A stretch of DNA of 43,538 bases from a virus (lineage: Duplodnaviria; Heunggongvirae; Uroviricota; Caudoviricetes), in IMG/VR virus record IMGVR_UViG_2687453364_000004; one strand, given 5' to 3'. Below, one piece after another: positions 1 to 11,168 of the stretch (within the stretch, counting starts at the first letter, position 1; the number at the start of each line of letters is the position of its first letter). Both the position numbers and the translations under genes were made by a program. Below the pieces are notes generated by a model. The model ran no database searches and was not told where the DNA came from. It worked only from the letters and a program-made list of their open reading frames with translations.

Positions 1-91
1 CACAACATCCGAGGACAGCAACACCCGATACTTTTTCCTGGCTTCCAGCAACGGGGTTTCTTCCTCCGTTGCATATACAGCTCACCTTTTT

Positions 92-385
92 TCACCCACG
101 ATTAACCAACAGCCAGACCAGCAGACACGCCACCACCGGCACAGCAAAATCCATCAGGCTTGCCACATCCCAAGCTCGCGGATCAAAACCGCCCCACCAC
201 GGCATATTCATTCGCTTGCCATGCCCGAACATTTCAATCCAGCGATATTCTGCCTGGGTATGTTCACGCGCAATGAAGAACGTACAACCGGCTATCGCTC
301 CGTAAGCCCAGTTTCCGGTAAAAAGACCAACCAGTATCTGCGCAGCCACAGCACAAAGTGCATGAAGTAAGGGGCTTATATCCAT
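92..385 (-). CDS. hypothetical small membrane protein, last gene of the tail-fibre operon
   Basis: 97-aa ORF in track; ATG preceded by a GGAGG-type Shine-Dalgarno; two hydrophobic stretches (LLHALCAVAAQILVGLF, FAVPVVACLLVWLLV); no family recognised. Confidence 0.4.
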   Translation of the reverse strand: MDISPLLHALCAVAAQILVGLFTGNWAYGAIAGCTFFIAREHTQAEYRWIEMFGHGKRMNMPWWGGFDPRAWDVASLMDFAVPVVACLLVWLLVNRG

Positions 386-397
386 TATTTCCTCCTT

Positions 398-676
398 TCA
401 GCTCCATTCCCGAAGCGGTGTTTCCAGCTCCACGACATAATCAGAGAATACAGAAACATCAAACAAGTCATCAAGAATGCGAATGTTGACAAAATAACCG
501 TCATTCCGGACACAGACAGGTTCTCCCTCTTCTGTTACCCCTGTTTCTGTGTAGGTGAAACCAATTTCATCGACTAACAGTTTATTCTGGAGGTCTTCAT
601 CCTCCTCCCAGTCAAGAGATGACAGGAAGGATTTAAACTCTCTGTTACCAGGAAATTTCAAAGTTAAATCTTTCAT
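398..676 (-). CDS. hypothetical acidic protein, translationally coupled to stf (possible tail-fibre chaperone)
   Basis: 92-aa ORF; its ATG overlaps the stf stop (ATGA) and follows an AGGAGG Shine-Dalgarno; acidic composition; no similarity to lambda Tfa recognised. Confidence 0.4.
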   Translation of the reverse strand: MKDLTLKFPGNREFKSFLSSLDWEEDEDLQNKLLVDEIGFTYTETGVTEEGEPVCVRNDGYFVNIRILDDLFDVSVFSDYVVELETPLREWS

Positions 677-2694
677 ACTGCCTCCTTGATTTGCCTGTCA
701 TTTAATTCTTTAAACCAGACTCTGAAATTTCTGATGTGTCCAAACAAATGACGCGTTCCTGCTGCGGTCTGCCCACCAAACCGGTACGATGTTGCTGTAA
801 CTCCAAATATTTTACCATTAAGGTTTGTTGTATAATTACCATTGCATATTGCATTTACTGATAAATCAGATTTAGCTCTCACACCCACAATGAACCTTTC
901 TCCATCTGAGGCAATTTGTGGCTGAACCATTCCTACGTTGGCGCTTATCTTTCCTGTTGCAACAAACCCCAGCGATAAATAATTATCATCAATACTGTGC
1001 CCTCCAACATCAAATATCCTTGGCGCAACATTGGGCGGTGTACTCCAGTTCCTGCTTACTTCGCACAATACCGTAAAAGGCCGTGTTGACAGGTTATTCT
1101 GCGATGGGATAGTAACTACATCACTTGCGCGTGTTGTTGGCATTGTAGTTACAATAAATGACGATGCCGTATTGCCCAGTTCAATTTGCGGCGTCGTCAT
1201 GGTTAATGTTGAGTCATCATAGAATGTCTCATTACTTATTTTATTTGTCATATAAAAAGCACAGTTAACGGTATCAATGTCCGTATTAGCTGTATAAGTG
1301 GCCTCATAGTAGGTCCACTCGCCCTGTTGTTCAGCTTTGGCTGTTATAAGGGATGTATTACCGCTTACTGTTGCGATCCGGGTATCCAGATCAAGATAAG
1401 AGTCAGCAGAGAAGGTATCTGTTCCACCAATAATAACTGAAACTCTTAACCTGCATCGTGCTTTAGCGCCTTTAACCCGGCACGAAAAAGTGAAACATTC
1501 ACCACTTGCCAGCGGGAATCTGTCTGCTGCAACCACACCATGCACAGTATAGCCACCTGTTGTTCCCACTATACTTTCCGTGGGTGTCACCGTGGCATAA
1601 TTGAACCCCTGTTTATCAGTGCCAAATGTTTTATTCAGTGCGGAATGAACAGTCCATGAGTCTGGTTTATTTGAGTTCCTCAGATAATTTGTCCTCTGTC
1701 CTTCAATCAATAAGCCATCGCGCTCAAATCGCGGTTCGTCAACTTCAGCAAGCTTGAGTTGGCCGGACTTATTAATATACGTTGCTGTTGAAGCACGTTT
1801 AAACTTAACAATCTTGTCGCCTGGCATTGTTATTTCATCGTCACCAATAACTATCTTTTTATAAGATGGCGAAAAACCCGTAATCATATCCAGTGAATCG
1901 TTAAACGGTATCCACACATCAGGCAGCGGCGGCACTATATTCGCACAGGGCTCTGCAGTCACTTCCGCTGCGGCTTCTGCGCGGTCTGCCGCCTTTTCAG
2001 CTCGTGTCGCTGCCGACAGAGCCTCATCCTTTTTCTGCCCGGCCTTTGTTGCGTCTGCTGCGGCCTCCCGCGCTTTTGTGGTGGCGACTCCGGCATTTTC
2101 AGCGGCTGACTCTGCATTACGGCGGGAAGCCTCTTCACTGTCTGCGGAGGCTTCTTCTGACGCACGGGCATTTGTCTCTGAACGTTCTGCCGCTGTTGCT
2201 GCGTTTTGTGCGGCTGTTTTTGAAGAAGCTGCCGCTTTCGCGCTGTTACCTGCATTCGTCTCTGATGTTTTCGCCGCGTTCCTGGACGATGCCGCTGCTG
2301 TTTCTGATTTCTTTGCTGCCGCTGCGCTCTGAGAGGCGGCTTCAGCGTTGCGTGCCGCCTCTTCCACCATCTTTTCAAAACGATACAGTGCCTCCGGACA
2401 AACATCATCTTCTGTTGCAGCGCCCAGAAAATCATTCAATGTCCCCGGCTTAGAATCCTCATACACGGTGATGGTCCCGGCATGTGAAGGCGGAAAACCT
2501 TCAACCAGCAGGGCGACGCTGTACTGGCCATACTCAACATCCATGCTGTAACGTCCGGCTTCATCCGGATTTTCTGAGGCCACCGTGTTCACCACAACTG
2601 TGGTGCTGTTACGTTTTGCTTTGAGCTGAATGGTGCAGTTCTGTATCGGTTTTCCTGCACCGTCTTTCAGCACACCTGAAATCTGTACTGCCAT
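673..2694 (-). CDS. stf: side tail fibre protein (Stf-like)
   Basis: N-terminus MAVQISGVLKDGAGKPIQNCTIQLKA... matches the lambda Stf N-terminal domain from memory, followed by an Ala/Ser-rich helical repeat region and a divergent C-terminal domain; the track ORF starts at an upstream GTG (2700), the ATG at 2694 matches the lambda start. Confidence 0.85.
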   Translation of the reverse strand: MAVQISGVLKDGAGKPIQNCTIQLKAKRNSTTVVVNTVASENPDEAGRYSMDVEYGQYSVALLVEGFPPSHAGTITVYEDSKPGTLNDFLGAATEDDVCPEALYRFEKMVEEAARNAEAASQSAAAAKKSETAAASSRNAAKTSETNAGNSAKAAASSKTAAQNAATAAERSETNARASEEASADSEEASRRNAESAAENAGVATTKAREAAADATKAGQKKDEALSAATRAEKAADRAEAAAEVTAEPCANIVPPLPDVWIPFNDSLDMITGFSPSYKKIVIGDDEITMPGDKIVKFKRASTATYINKSGQLKLAEVDEPRFERDGLLIEGQRTNYLRNSNKPDSWTVHSALNKTFGTDKQGFNYATVTPTESIVGTTGGYTVHGVVAADRFPLASGECFTFSCRVKGAKARCRLRVSVIIGGTDTFSADSYLDLDTRIATVSGNTSLITAKAEQQGEWTYYEATYTANTDIDTVNCAFYMTNKISNETFYDDSTLTMTTPQIELGNTASSFIVTTMPTTRASDVVTIPSQNNLSTRPFTVLCEVSRNWSTPPNVAPRIFDVGGHSIDDNYLSLGFVATGKISANVGMVQPQIASDGERFIVGVRAKSDLSVNAICNGNYTTNLNGKIFGVTATSYRFGGQTAAGTRHLFGHIRNFRVWFKELNDRQIKEAV

Positions 2695-2752
2695 ATTCAC
2701 TCCACAAATAAAAAAGGCACCATTTCTGGTGCCCGAATTTGGGTTTTAAAAT

Positions 2753-5700
2753 TCAACTGATACTGATGCCGGCTGTTGATTTCTTCATCACGACAACAAG
2801 AAGGTCGCTGATACTGGTCGTTGGCGTCCAGTTATTTGCACCATATGAAGAAACATTGAAAGTCAGGGTGACATGGCCGTGTCCGGCAGGCATATCAATG
2901 ACTGATGAAAATACCCTGCTGACATCCGTCGCGGGTTGCTGAAAGATTTCCTGTCCGTTCTTCAGCACCTGCAGCTTACAGGTTGAATACCAGTATGACT
3001 GTTGGTTGTTGCTGTTGAAGTTTTCATGCTTACCACCGCGAAACAGAACGGGGGGGACGACTATCTGACGGTCAAAAGCCTGGTCATCGTACACAGTGAC
3101 CGTTATTGTACCGCTGGCATAACTGCCATTTCTCGGAAAGGCTTTTCCCACCGTTTTGACAATATCACCTTCAATCTGGTTAGCTGACAGTTTTCCCAGA
3201 ATCCGACAGTTCTGGTTAATCGTGACATTATTGAGCGTCCCGGAGTTCGCATTCACGTTACCGCTGATATCCGCATTTCTCGCAGAAAGTCGACCATCAG
3301 GTGTCAGTGAAAACGTTGGGGGATTGCCACCGCTGGTAATGGTGGGAGCCGTCAGATATTTCAGGAACACTTCGTTCATGAATATCTGATCGCCCTGCCC
3401 AACAAACATCGGCTTTGTATTGCCATTCGCAGGATTAATCATCGCAATCCTGTCCGCCGCCAGCAGCACCTGACTCTGCATACCGTCAGGGGTATTCTCA
3501 ATACCGGCACCAATACCCGCGATATAAAGGCGTCCGTCCTGCATCTGCTGCAGCTTCACAGCCCACATGCTGTTCAGGTTATTATTTGTATCAACCTGAA
3601 CCTTCTGTATCTGCTGGATCGCTGCACTCTGGTCTTCCAGTTTCTTATTGACGGTCTGCGTGATTTCATTGCTGACATCCGTAATGGACGTCCTGATTTC
3701 AGCCAGGTCAGGCGCAAGCTGACCGTTATCAATCTGCGTCCACAACTCCTGAGCCAGATGGGTTTTCCCTATCTCTCCTTTGAAAAAATCCAGATAGCCG
3801 GATGCATCATCACTCGGCTGGCCAACAGCCTCCACAAATGCCGATTTGCCAACGGTGTTCACACTGCGAATGTAAAAATAATAATCATGGCCCGGTTTGA
3901 TATTGATACTGGCGGCTATCCAGTACAGCGCCGTACCAAGATAACGCGCGCTGGCTTCAACCTGCCTGATATCCGCAATCCGCTTTTCCGAGAACCAGAA
4001 CTCAAACTGTACCGTCGGATCATAAACGGCAAGATGCGGCGTTGCGGTTATCTGAAAATAGCCCGGCGTCAGCTCAATCCGCGATGGCGCTGCCGGTGCG
4101 GCAATCCGGAACGATACCGACGCCGGATCCCCCTGCTGCCCCCACGCATTTACCGCCCGGACTGTCAGCCTGTAGTTCCCCAGCGCCAGTTGCCTGAAGC
4201 GGTATGTGGTTTCCGTCGTCCTGGCCGTGCTGACCAGCCGCTCACTGCCGTCATCCGCTGCCACGGTCAGGCGAAGCATAAAGCTCACCCCCTTCACCAC
4301 CTTCGGTGTGTCCCATCGCGCCAGCACCTGATATTCCCCGCTGTCTGCGGTGACTTCTGCGGTCAGGTGCTGCACCGCGGGCGGCGTGACACCATTCACC
4401 GTGCCACTCTGTTCGCCGTCAAAGTGCGCCCCGTTATCCACGATGGTCTCTTTTTCCGGCACATGCTGCACGGCGGTGATGGCATACGTGCCGTCGTCGT
4501 TTTCACGGATACTCACGCAGCGGAACAGTCGCTGGCGCAGCGTCGGCAGCTTCAGCCCCCATACGCTGTATTCAGCAACACCGTCAGGAACACGGCTCAC
4601 TTTCACCTTCACGCCGTCGGTGACGGACTGAACCTCCACGCTGACCGGATTGCCACTTCCGTCAACCAGGCTTATCAGCGTGGTACCGGAGGATGGCAGC
4701 GTGATTTCACGGTCGAGCGTCAGCGTCCGGGTCTGGCTGTTCACCGCCAGCACACGACCACCGGTGCTGATACCGGCATAGTCATCATCGCAGATTTCAA
4801 TGACATCCCCCGGTACATGGCGAAGCCCTTCAGCACCCACGCTGAAGTCCACGGTCTGCGTTTCCAGCAGCTCCGTTTTAATCAGCCACAGCCCGGCGCG
4901 GTGTGCCTGCCCCCGGCTGGTACAGCCAAAGGCATCCATCTTCGTGACGTTACGGCCGTAACGGGCAATGGCCTGCGTATCCTCCACGAGCTCTGTCGCC
5001 GTCTCCCAGCCGTTATCCGGGTCAATCCAGTTCACCTCAACGGCATTATGGCGGTCCTTCAGGGCGCTGAAGCTGTAGCGGAACGGCGCGCCATCATCCG
5101 GCATCACCACATTACTGCGGTTATAGGTCCACACCTTATCTGATGGTCGGTCCTGCACGAACGTCAGCGTCTGCCCGTTCCATACCGGCATACAGCGCAT
5201 CGCCGAGCAGAAATCACTGAGCACATCCCACGCCTTGCGCTGTGTGGTCAGGTACGCATTACAGGTAATGCGCGGCTCCGTGCCGCCAAAGCCGTCCGGC
5301 ACCGACTGGTCGCAGTACTGGCCGATGACATACAGCGCCCATTTATCCACATCCGCCGCACCAAGACGTTTCCCCATGCCGTAGCGCGGATGGGTCAGCA
5401 TATCCCACAGACACCAGGCCATGTTGTTGCTGTATGCCGGTTTTAACGTTCCGTCCCAGATACCGCTGTATTGCCGCGTCTGCGGGTTATAGTTCGACGG
5501 CACCTGCAGAATGCGCCCGCGAAGATGATAATTACGGCTCACCTGCTGGCTGCCGAACTGCTCCGAGTCCACCTGCACGCCAACCAGTGCCGTGTTCGGG
5601 TAGCACTGTTTCACATCGATGATTTCGGTGTATGACGACCAGAGCGTTTTGTTCAGCAGCTGGTCTGTGGTGCTGTCCGGCGTCATCCTGCGCATCCGGA

Positions 5701-6235
5701 TATTAAACGGGCGCGGCGGCAGGTTATCCACCACCACCGAGGCCAGATACTGCGAGGTGGTTTTGCCCTTAATGGTGATGTCTTTTTCCGTCACCCAGCC
5801 ACCGTTACGCTGTATCTGAACCAGCAGGCGAACTTCCGACGGATTCCTGTCTCCCTTTGAGGTGGTTTCCACCAGTGCCTGTACACCGAAGGTAAAGCGC
5901 AGACGGTCGATGTTTGCCGACGTGATGGTCCGGGTGATCGGCGTGTCATATTTCACTTCCGTACCCAGCACCGTCTCGGAGCCGGAGGATTCAAATCCCT
6001 CCGGCGGTGACTGCTCCTGCTCACCGGCCCGGAACACCACCGTGACGCCGGATATATTGGTATTCCCCTCACTGTCCAGCACCGGCGTACTGTTCAGCAG
6101 CACGCTTTTTAATCCATCCACCGGACCTTCAACCGGCCCTTCGCTGATGGCATCGATCACACTCAGCAGCTGCGTGGACTTCAGGTTGTCCTTCGCTTCG
6201 CGCGGGGTATGCCCCTTACTGCTGCCTTTACCCAT
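2753..6235 (-). CDS. J: central tail fibre / host specificity protein J
   Basis: 1160 aa; near-identical to lambda J over the N-terminal ~800 aa ([34 protein letters not shown]...), C-terminal receptor-binding part more divergent. Confidence 0.95.
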   Translation of the reverse strand: MGKGSSKGHTPREAKDNLKSTQLLSVIDAISEGPVEGPVDGLKSVLLNSTPVLDSEGNTNISGVTVVFRAGEQEQSPPEGFESSGSETVLGTEVKYDTPITRTITSANIDRLRFTFGVQALVETTSKGDRNPSEVRLLVQIQRNGGWVTEKDITIKGKTTSQYLASVVVDNLPPRPFNIRMRRMTPDSTTDQLLNKTLWSSYTEIIDVKQCYPNTALVGVQVDSEQFGSQQVSRNYHLRGRILQVPSNYNPQTRQYSGIWDGTLKPAYSNNMAWCLWDMLTHPRYGMGKRLGAADVDKWALYVIGQYCDQSVPDGFGGTEPRITCNAYLTTQRKAWDVLSDFCSAMRCMPVWNGQTLTFVQDRPSDKVWTYNRSNVVMPDDGAPFRYSFSALKDRHNAVEVNWIDPDNGWETATELVEDTQAIARYGRNVTKMDAFGCTSRGQAHRAGLWLIKTELLETQTVDFSVGAEGLRHVPGDVIEICDDDYAGISTGGRVLAVNSQTRTLTLDREITLPSSGTTLISLVDGSGNPVSVEVQSVTDGVKVKVSRVPDGVAEYSVWGLKLPTLRQRLFRCVSIRENDDGTYAITAVQHVPEKETIVDNGAHFDGEQSGTVNGVTPPAVQHLTAEVTADSGEYQVLARWDTPKVVKGVSFMLRLTVAADDGSERLVSTARTTETTYRFRQLALGNYRLTVRAVNAWGQQGDPASVSFRIAAPAAPSRIELTPGYFQITATPHLAVYDPTVQFEFWFSEKRIADIRQVEASARYLGTALYWIAASINIKPGHDYYFYIRSVNTVGKSAFVEAVGQPSDDASGYLDFFKGEIGKTHLAQELWTQIDNGQLAPDLAEIRTSITDVSNEITQTVNKKLEDQSAAIQQIQKVQVDTNNNLNSMWAVKLQQMQDGRLYIAGIGAGIENTPDGMQSQVLLAADRIAMINPANGNTKPMFVGQGDQIFMNEVFLKYLTAPTITSGGNPPTFSLTPDGRLSARNADISGNVNANSGTLNNVTINQNCRILGKLSANQIEGDIVKTVGKAFPRNGSYASGTITVTVYDDQAFDRQIVVPPVLFRGGKHENFNSNNQQSYWYSTCKLQVLKNGQEIFQQPATDVSRVFSSVIDMPAGHGHVTLTFNVSSYGANNWTPTTSISDLLVVVMKKSTAGISIS

Positions 6236-6295
6236 TCGTCATGCTCCATAAACGATAAAACCGCCCGGAGGCGGTTTCACATAAAACGTTTTTCA

Positions 6296-6937
6296 TCAGC
6301 GACCAATCACCACAACCTGACCACCATCACCTTCATCTGCTGTGCTGATCTCCTGAGATACCACACGTGATCCCACGCGCATTTCACCGTACAGAACGGG
6401 CAGAACATTGCCCTGGGCAACCATATTATCCAGTGAAGAAAAATAGGTGTTCTGTTTGCCGTTATCCGTTGTCTGTGTGCGGGGGGTTCTGGGTTTAGGG
6501 GCCAGCATCTGTGCAACACCGCCAAGCGTCATACTGGCACCGAGAGAAAACAGCAGATTACTCGCCATAATTCCTACCCCCGGCATCCATATAGCAACCG
6601 CCATAACAGCCGCCCCCAGCACAGCCTGAAACACACCGCCACTTTTGGCTCCTGCCAGACGCGGCACGATATGGATCACAGCACCATTTGCCAGCGGTTC
6701 ATTAAGACGGGCTGATAATTCCGTTTCACCTGTATCACGCCCGGCAATCCGTACCTGATACCAGCCGTCGCTCAGTTTCTGACGAAACGCCGGGAGCTGT
6801 GTGGCCAGCGCCCGGATGGCTTCAGCCCCCGTTTTCACACGAAGGTCGATGCGGCGGCCAAATCGTTGTAAATCCCCGTAAAGGCAGATGCGCGCCATGC
6901 CCGGTGACGCCAGAGGGAGTGTGTGCGTCGCTGCCAT
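6296..6937 (-). CDS. I: tail tip assembly protein I
   Basis: MAATHTLPLASPGMARICLYGDLQRFGRRIDLRVKTGAEAIRALATQLPAFRQ... matches lambda gpI. Confidence 0.9.
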   Translation of the reverse strand: MAATHTLPLASPGMARICLYGDLQRFGRRIDLRVKTGAEAIRALATQLPAFRQKLSDGWYQVRIAGRDTGETELSARLNEPLANGAVIHIVPRLAGAKSGGVFQAVLGAAVMAVAIWMPGVGIMASNLLFSLGASMTLGGVAQMLAPKPRTPRTQTTDNGKQNTYFSSLDNMVAQGNVLPVLYGEMRVGSRVVSQEISTADEGDGGQVVVIGR

Positions 6938-7578
6938 TTGTCGGTATACCTCTCTCGTTTGCTCAGTTGTTCAGGAATATGGTGCAGCAGCTCGCCATCA
7001 CCACAGTAAATGGCGGCATGATTCGGCACCGATGAACCAAAACAGCACAGCAGCACATCGCCCGGTTGTGCTGATGACAACGGCACCTGATACAGCCCTG
7101 TGGCCTCCAGATTATCCAGATAGAGATTCTGACCGTGACGCCACCAGTCATCCCCGCGATGAAAATCCGGCATCTCAATCCCCGCCAGATGATAAGCATC
7201 CCGGAACAGCGTGTAACAGTCCGTCACCCCGTGCTCAAAGCACCGCCCGGTAAGATGCGGCACACAGCGGAATTTATGAATCTCACCCCGGCAGACCAGC
7301 CACCACGGCAAATCGCTCTGCACCTGCAGCCGCCTGTCAGCCTCACTCAGCCAGGGCAGACCACCGGGGTGGCTGTGGACCAGCGCCACAATCTCACCCT
7401 GCATCTCTGCCCGCAGCCAGTCCTCCGGCGACATCCGGAAATACGCCTCCGGCTCACCGGAGATATTCACGCAGGGAAAATATCTTTCCCCCTTCGGCGT
7501 TCTCACCACGAAGCCACACGACTCCGCTGGCGCACATCGCCGGGCGTGCGCCAGAATCGCTGATTCTGTCTGTGTCAT
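6835..7578 (-). CDS. K: tail tip assembly protein K (MPN/JAMM plus NlpC/P60-like domains)
   Basis: starts MTQTESAILAHARRCAPAESCGFVV as in lambda gpK; HSHPGG metal-binding motif; start placed at the internal ATG of the track ORF; 3' end overlaps I by ~100 nt as read from the track. Confidence 0.85.
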   Translation of the reverse strand: MTQTESAILAHARRCAPAESCGFVVRTPKGERYFPCVNISGEPEAYFRMSPEDWLRAEMQGEIVALVHSHPGGLPWLSEADRRLQVQSDLPWWLVCRGEIHKFRCVPHLTGRCFEHGVTDCYTLFRDAYHLAGIEMPDFHRGDDWWRHGQNLYLDNLEATGLYQVPLSSAQPGDVLLCCFGSSVPNHAAIYCGDGELLHHIPEQLSKRERYTDKWQRRTHSLWRHRAWRASAFTGIYNDLAAASTFV

Positions 7579-7582
7579 GGGA

Positions 7583-8281
7583 TTACTGCGAAAGTTTGTT
7601 AATGGAAAGGAAGCCGCCAAAGTTGCCGACGTTATTGCGGAACTTACAACCGCTCAGGCATTTGCTGCATTTATCCTTCGTGATATCGGACGTTGGCTGG
7701 TCATATTCATCCGCGACAGCCGGACCGCTATAACCGCACTCGTCACCGCGATAGGTCCAGGTGCAGGTGTTGGCCAGCATGATACGTCCCGGAAAAACAG
7801 CGCCATCCGTTTCCGTCGGCGTGGACAGTACAAAGGAGGCACTCACCGCGCTCAGTTCGCTGCACTGCTCAATGCGCCAGCGGCTGATCACCTCCTGCTC
7901 CGGATCGGCATAACTGTTTCCGTTGACGAAGTTCACCGCATCCAGAAAACGGGCGTAAACCTTACGCCGGACCACCGTTCCGCCGACCAGACTCTGCAGA
8001 TCTTCCGCCATCCCGGTGACCATACCGTACAGGTTAGAAACCGTCAGCGTGGGGCGCGTACTGGTGCCTTTGCCATTCAGTTCAAAACCGCTCCCCTGAA
8101 TGGGATACGGCTGATACTGTCGCCCCTGCCAGGTGACCGGCTCACCTTTTTCGTTCTGCTCATTACAGAAAAAATAACGTTCTCCACCGACCTCTGTCAG
8201 GTCGATTTCCCAGAGCACCACGCTGGCCGACTGCTCCGCACGGGTGCATTCATTCAGTGTTTCCTGCCGGATATCCTGCAT
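7583..8281 (-). CDS. L: tail tip protein L
   Basis: 232 aa, MQDIRQETLNECTRAEQSASVVLWEIDLTEVGGERYFFC... matches lambda gpL. Confidence 0.95.
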   Translation of the reverse strand: MQDIRQETLNECTRAEQSASVVLWEIDLTEVGGERYFFCNEQNEKGEPVTWQGRQYQPYPIQGSGFELNGKGTSTRPTLTVSNLYGMVTGMAEDLQSLVGGTVVRRKVYARFLDAVNFVNGNSYADPEQEVISRWRIEQCSELSAVSASFVLSTPTETDGAVFPGRIMLANTCTWTYRGDECGYSGPAVADEYDQPTSDITKDKCSKCLSGCKFRNNVGNFGGFLSINKLSQ

Positions 8282-8610
8282 CAGTTCACCACCTGTTCAA
8301 ACTCTGCGCTGAACTCAACACGCAGCATACTGACCCGCGACGACCATTTTGCGCAGGTCACCTTTATCTGCTGCCACTCATAAGGCGGCGTCCACAGAAA
8401 GGATTTCCAGCCCCCGTGCTCTTCCAGAAACGACTCCAGTACCGTGGCCTCCTCACGGGGGACAGAAAGCGTCACGCTGTACGTTTTCAGGTTGGCATTC
8501 AGCCCGGCAGGCGCTCGCTGAGAATAGCCATCACCAAAGCGCACCTTTCTTACAGAAGGGACCGAAGCCACATCCATACCGGGTTTCACTTTCCAGCGGA
8601 AGGTCTTCAT
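8281..8610 (-). CDS. M: tail tip protein M
   Basis: 109 aa, MKTFRWKVKPGMDVASVPSVRKVRFGDGYSQRAPAG... matches lambda gpM; ATGA overlap with L. Confidence 0.95.
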   Translation of the reverse strand: MKTFRWKVKPGMDVASVPSVRKVRFGDGYSQRAPAGLNANLKTYSVTLSVPREEATVLESFLEEHGGWKSFLWTPPYEWQQIKVTCAKWSSRVSMLRVEFSAEFEQVVN

Positions 8611-11168
8611 CGTCCACCTCCGGAGAACAGGCCACCATCACGCATCTGTGTCTGAATTTCATCACGGGCACCCTTGCGGGCCATGTCATACACCGCCTTC
8701 AGAGCAGCCGGACCTATCTGCCCGTTCGTGCCGTCGTTGTTAATCACCACATGGTTATTCTGCTCAAACGTCCCGGACGCCTGCGACCGGCTGTCTGCCA
8801 TGCTGCCCGGTGTACCGACATAACCGCCGGTGGCATAGCCGCGCATCAGCCGGTAAAGATTCCCCACGCCAATCCGGCTGGTTGCCTCCTTCGTGAAGAC
8901 AAACTCACCACGGTGAACAATCCCCGCTGGCTCATATTTGCCGCCGGTTCCCGTAAATCCTCCGGTTGCAAAATGGAATTTCGCCGCAGCGGCCTGAATG
9001 GCTGTACCGCCTGACGCGGATGCGCCGCCACCAACAGCCCCGCCAATGGCGCTGCCGATACTCCCGACAATCCCCACCATTGCCTGCTTAAGCAGAATTT
9101 CTGTCATCATGGACAGCACGGAACGGGTGAAGCTGCGCCAGTTCTGCTCACTGCCGGTCAGCATCGCCGCCATATTCTGTGCAATACCATCAAAGGTCTG
9201 CGTGGCTGCACTTTTTACCTGCGACATACTGTCCGTGGCGCTCTCTTCCCACTCACTCCAGCCGGACTTCAGGCCTGCCATCCAGTTCCCGCGAAGCTGG
9301 TCTTCAGCCGCCCAGGTCTTTTTCTGCTCTGACATGACGTTATTCAGCGCCAGCGGATTATCGCCATACTGTTCCTTCAGGCGCTGTTCCGTGGCTTCCC
9401 GTTCTGCCTGCCGGTCAGTCAGCCCCCGGCTTTTCGCATCAATGGCGGCCCGTTTTGCCCGTTGCTGCTGTGCGAATTTATCCGCCTGCTGCGCCAGCGC
9501 GTTCAGGCGCTCCTGATACGTAACCTTGTCGCCAAGTGCAGCCAGCTGGCGTTTGTACTCCAGCGTCTCATCTTTATGCGCCAGCAGGGATTTCTCCTGT
9601 ACAGACAGCTGGCGACGTTGCGCCGCCTCCTCCAGTACCGCGAACTGACTCTCCGCCTTCCACAAATCCCGGCGCTGCTGGCTGATTTTCTCATTTGCTC
9701 CGGCATGCTTCTCCAGCGTCCGGAGTTCAGCCTGAAGCGTCAGCAGGGCAGCATGAGCACTGTCTTCCTGACGATCGCCCGCAGACACCTTCACGCCGGA
9801 CTGCTTCGGCTTTTTCAGTGTCGTTTCATAGTCCTTTTTCGCTGCCGCCATCAGCGTGTTGTAATCTGCCTGCAGGATTTTTCCGTCTTTCAGGGCCTTA
9901 TTCAGTTCTTCCTGACGGGCGGCATATTTCTCCAGCGGCGTCTGCAGCCGTTCGTAAGCCTTCTGCGCCTCTTCGGTATATTTCAGCCGTGACGCTTCGG
10001 TATCGCTCTGCTGCTGCGCATTTTTGTCCTGTTGACTCTGCTGTTCAGCCTTCTTTCGGGCGGCTTCAAGCGCAAGACGGGCCTTTTCACGATCATCCCA
10101 GTAACGCGCCCGCGCTTCATCGTTAACAAAATAATCATCCTTGCGCAGATTCCAGATGTCGTCTGCTTTCTTAAACGCAGCCTCTGCCTTAATCAGCATC
10201 TCCTGCGCGGTATCAGGACGACCAATATCCAGCACCGCATCCCACATGGATTTGAATGCCCGCGCAGTCCTGTCTGCCCAGGTCTCCAGCGTGCCCATGT
10301 TCTCTTTCAGGCGGCGGGTCTGGTCATCAAACCCTTTCGTTGCGGCCTCGTTCGCCGCCTGCAATGCCCCGGCTTCATCGCCGGAACGCTGCAACTGAGC
10401 AACATACGCAATCTGCTCCGCCGTCACGTTATGGAACTGGCGTGCCATCGCCGTCAGCCCCGACGTCGGGTCTGTGGTCAGCTTCCCGAAGGCTTCAGCG
10501 ACCTTGTCCACCTCCACGCCGGATGCAGAGGAGAAACGCGCCACACTCTGGCTGATGGACGCAATCTGAGCCTCACCGCTTACCCCCGCCTTAACCAGTG
10601 CGCTGAGTGACTCGCTGGTCTGGTTAAACGTCAGCCCTGCCGCCTGCCCGGCTCTGGACAGGACCAGCATACGATCTGCCGTCAGACCCGCCTGATTGCC
10701 GGAAAGGACCAGCGTTTTGTTGAAATCGGACAGGGTTGAGTTGCCCTGATACCAGGCATACGCCAGCGCACCGGTCGCCACCGCCAGCGAGGTGGCCCCC
10801 ACCATCGGCAGGGTGATCGCACCGGCAAGCCCCCTGAACATGGGGATCATCCCGCCGAAGGAGTCCTTCACCTGCCCCCCCTGTTGCAGCAGGATCAGCC
10901 ACGGACTTTGCCCGCCTGCAAGCTGCGTGGCCACGTCGGTGAACTGTGCAGGCAGCATACGCATGGCGGCTTTATACTGCCCGACGGAAATCCCCGCTTT
11001 CTGTGCAGCCAGCGCCTGTCGGCTCAGCGACTGTTCAACGACTGCCGCTGTTTTTTTCGCATCACTTTCCGTACCGGAAAAATGACGCCTGACTCTGGCC
11101 ATCTGCTCGTCAAATCTGGCCGCATCCAGACTCAAATCAACGACCAGATCGCCTACCGGTTCAGCCAT
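8607..11168 (-). CDS. H: tail tape measure protein H
   Basis: 853 aa, matches lambda gpH along its length (MAEPVGDLVVDLSLDAARFDEQMARVRRHF...). Confidence 0.95.
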   Translation of the reverse strand: MAEPVGDLVVDLSLDAARFDEQMARVRRHFSGTESDAKKTAAVVEQSLSRQALAAQKAGISVGQYKAAMRMLPAQFTDVATQLAGGQSPWLILLQQGGQVKDSFGGMIPMFRGLAGAITLPMVGATSLAVATGALAYAWYQGNSTLSDFNKTLVLSGNQAGLTADRMLVLSRAGQAAGLTFNQTSESLSALVKAGVSGEAQIASISQSVARFSSASGVEVDKVAEAFGKLTTDPTSGLTAMARQFHNVTAEQIAYVAQLQRSGDEAGALQAANEAATKGFDDQTRRLKENMGTLETWADRTARAFKSMWDAVLDIGRPDTAQEMLIKAEAAFKKADDIWNLRKDDYFVNDEARARYWDDREKARLALEAARKKAEQQSQQDKNAQQQSDTEASRLKYTEEAQKAYERLQTPLEKYAARQEELNKALKDGKILQADYNTLMAAAKKDYETTLKKPKQSGVKVSAGDRQEDSAHAALLTLQAELRTLEKHAGANEKISQQRRDLWKAESQFAVLEEAAQRRQLSVQEKSLLAHKDETLEYKRQLAALGDKVTYQERLNALAQQADKFAQQQRAKRAAIDAKSRGLTDRQAEREATEQRLKEQYGDNPLALNNVMSEQKKTWAAEDQLRGNWMAGLKSGWSEWEESATDSMSQVKSAATQTFDGIAQNMAAMLTGSEQNWRSFTRSVLSMMTEILLKQAMVGIVGSIGSAIGGAVGGGASASGGTAIQAAAAKFHFATGGFTGTGGKYEPAGIVHRGEFVFTKEATSRIGVGNLYRLMRGYATGGYVGTPGSMADSRSQASGTFEQNNHVVINNDGTNGQIGPAALKAVYDMARKGARDEIQTQMRDGGLFSGGGR

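Noticed and set aside
1-74. Possible start of another minus-strand gene running off the left edge (ATG ~72-74 with an AAGGTGAG ribosome-binding site)
   Set aside because: Only about 24 codons are visible and the composition is odd (Cys/Arg-rich); it cannot be evaluated within the window.
1959-2453. Overlapping Ala/Ser/Arg-rich ORFs on both strands inside stf
   Set aside because: Alternative-frame translations of the repetitive Ala/Ser-rich helical region of the tail fibre; a composition artefact.
3758-5143. 461-aa plus-strand ORF (and many other 60-270 aa ORFs antisense to J, H, A, B, L, E and others)
   Set aside because: They lie entirely antisense to well-supported lambda structural genes, so they are shadow ORFs of GC-rich coding DNA; no start context or homology supports them.
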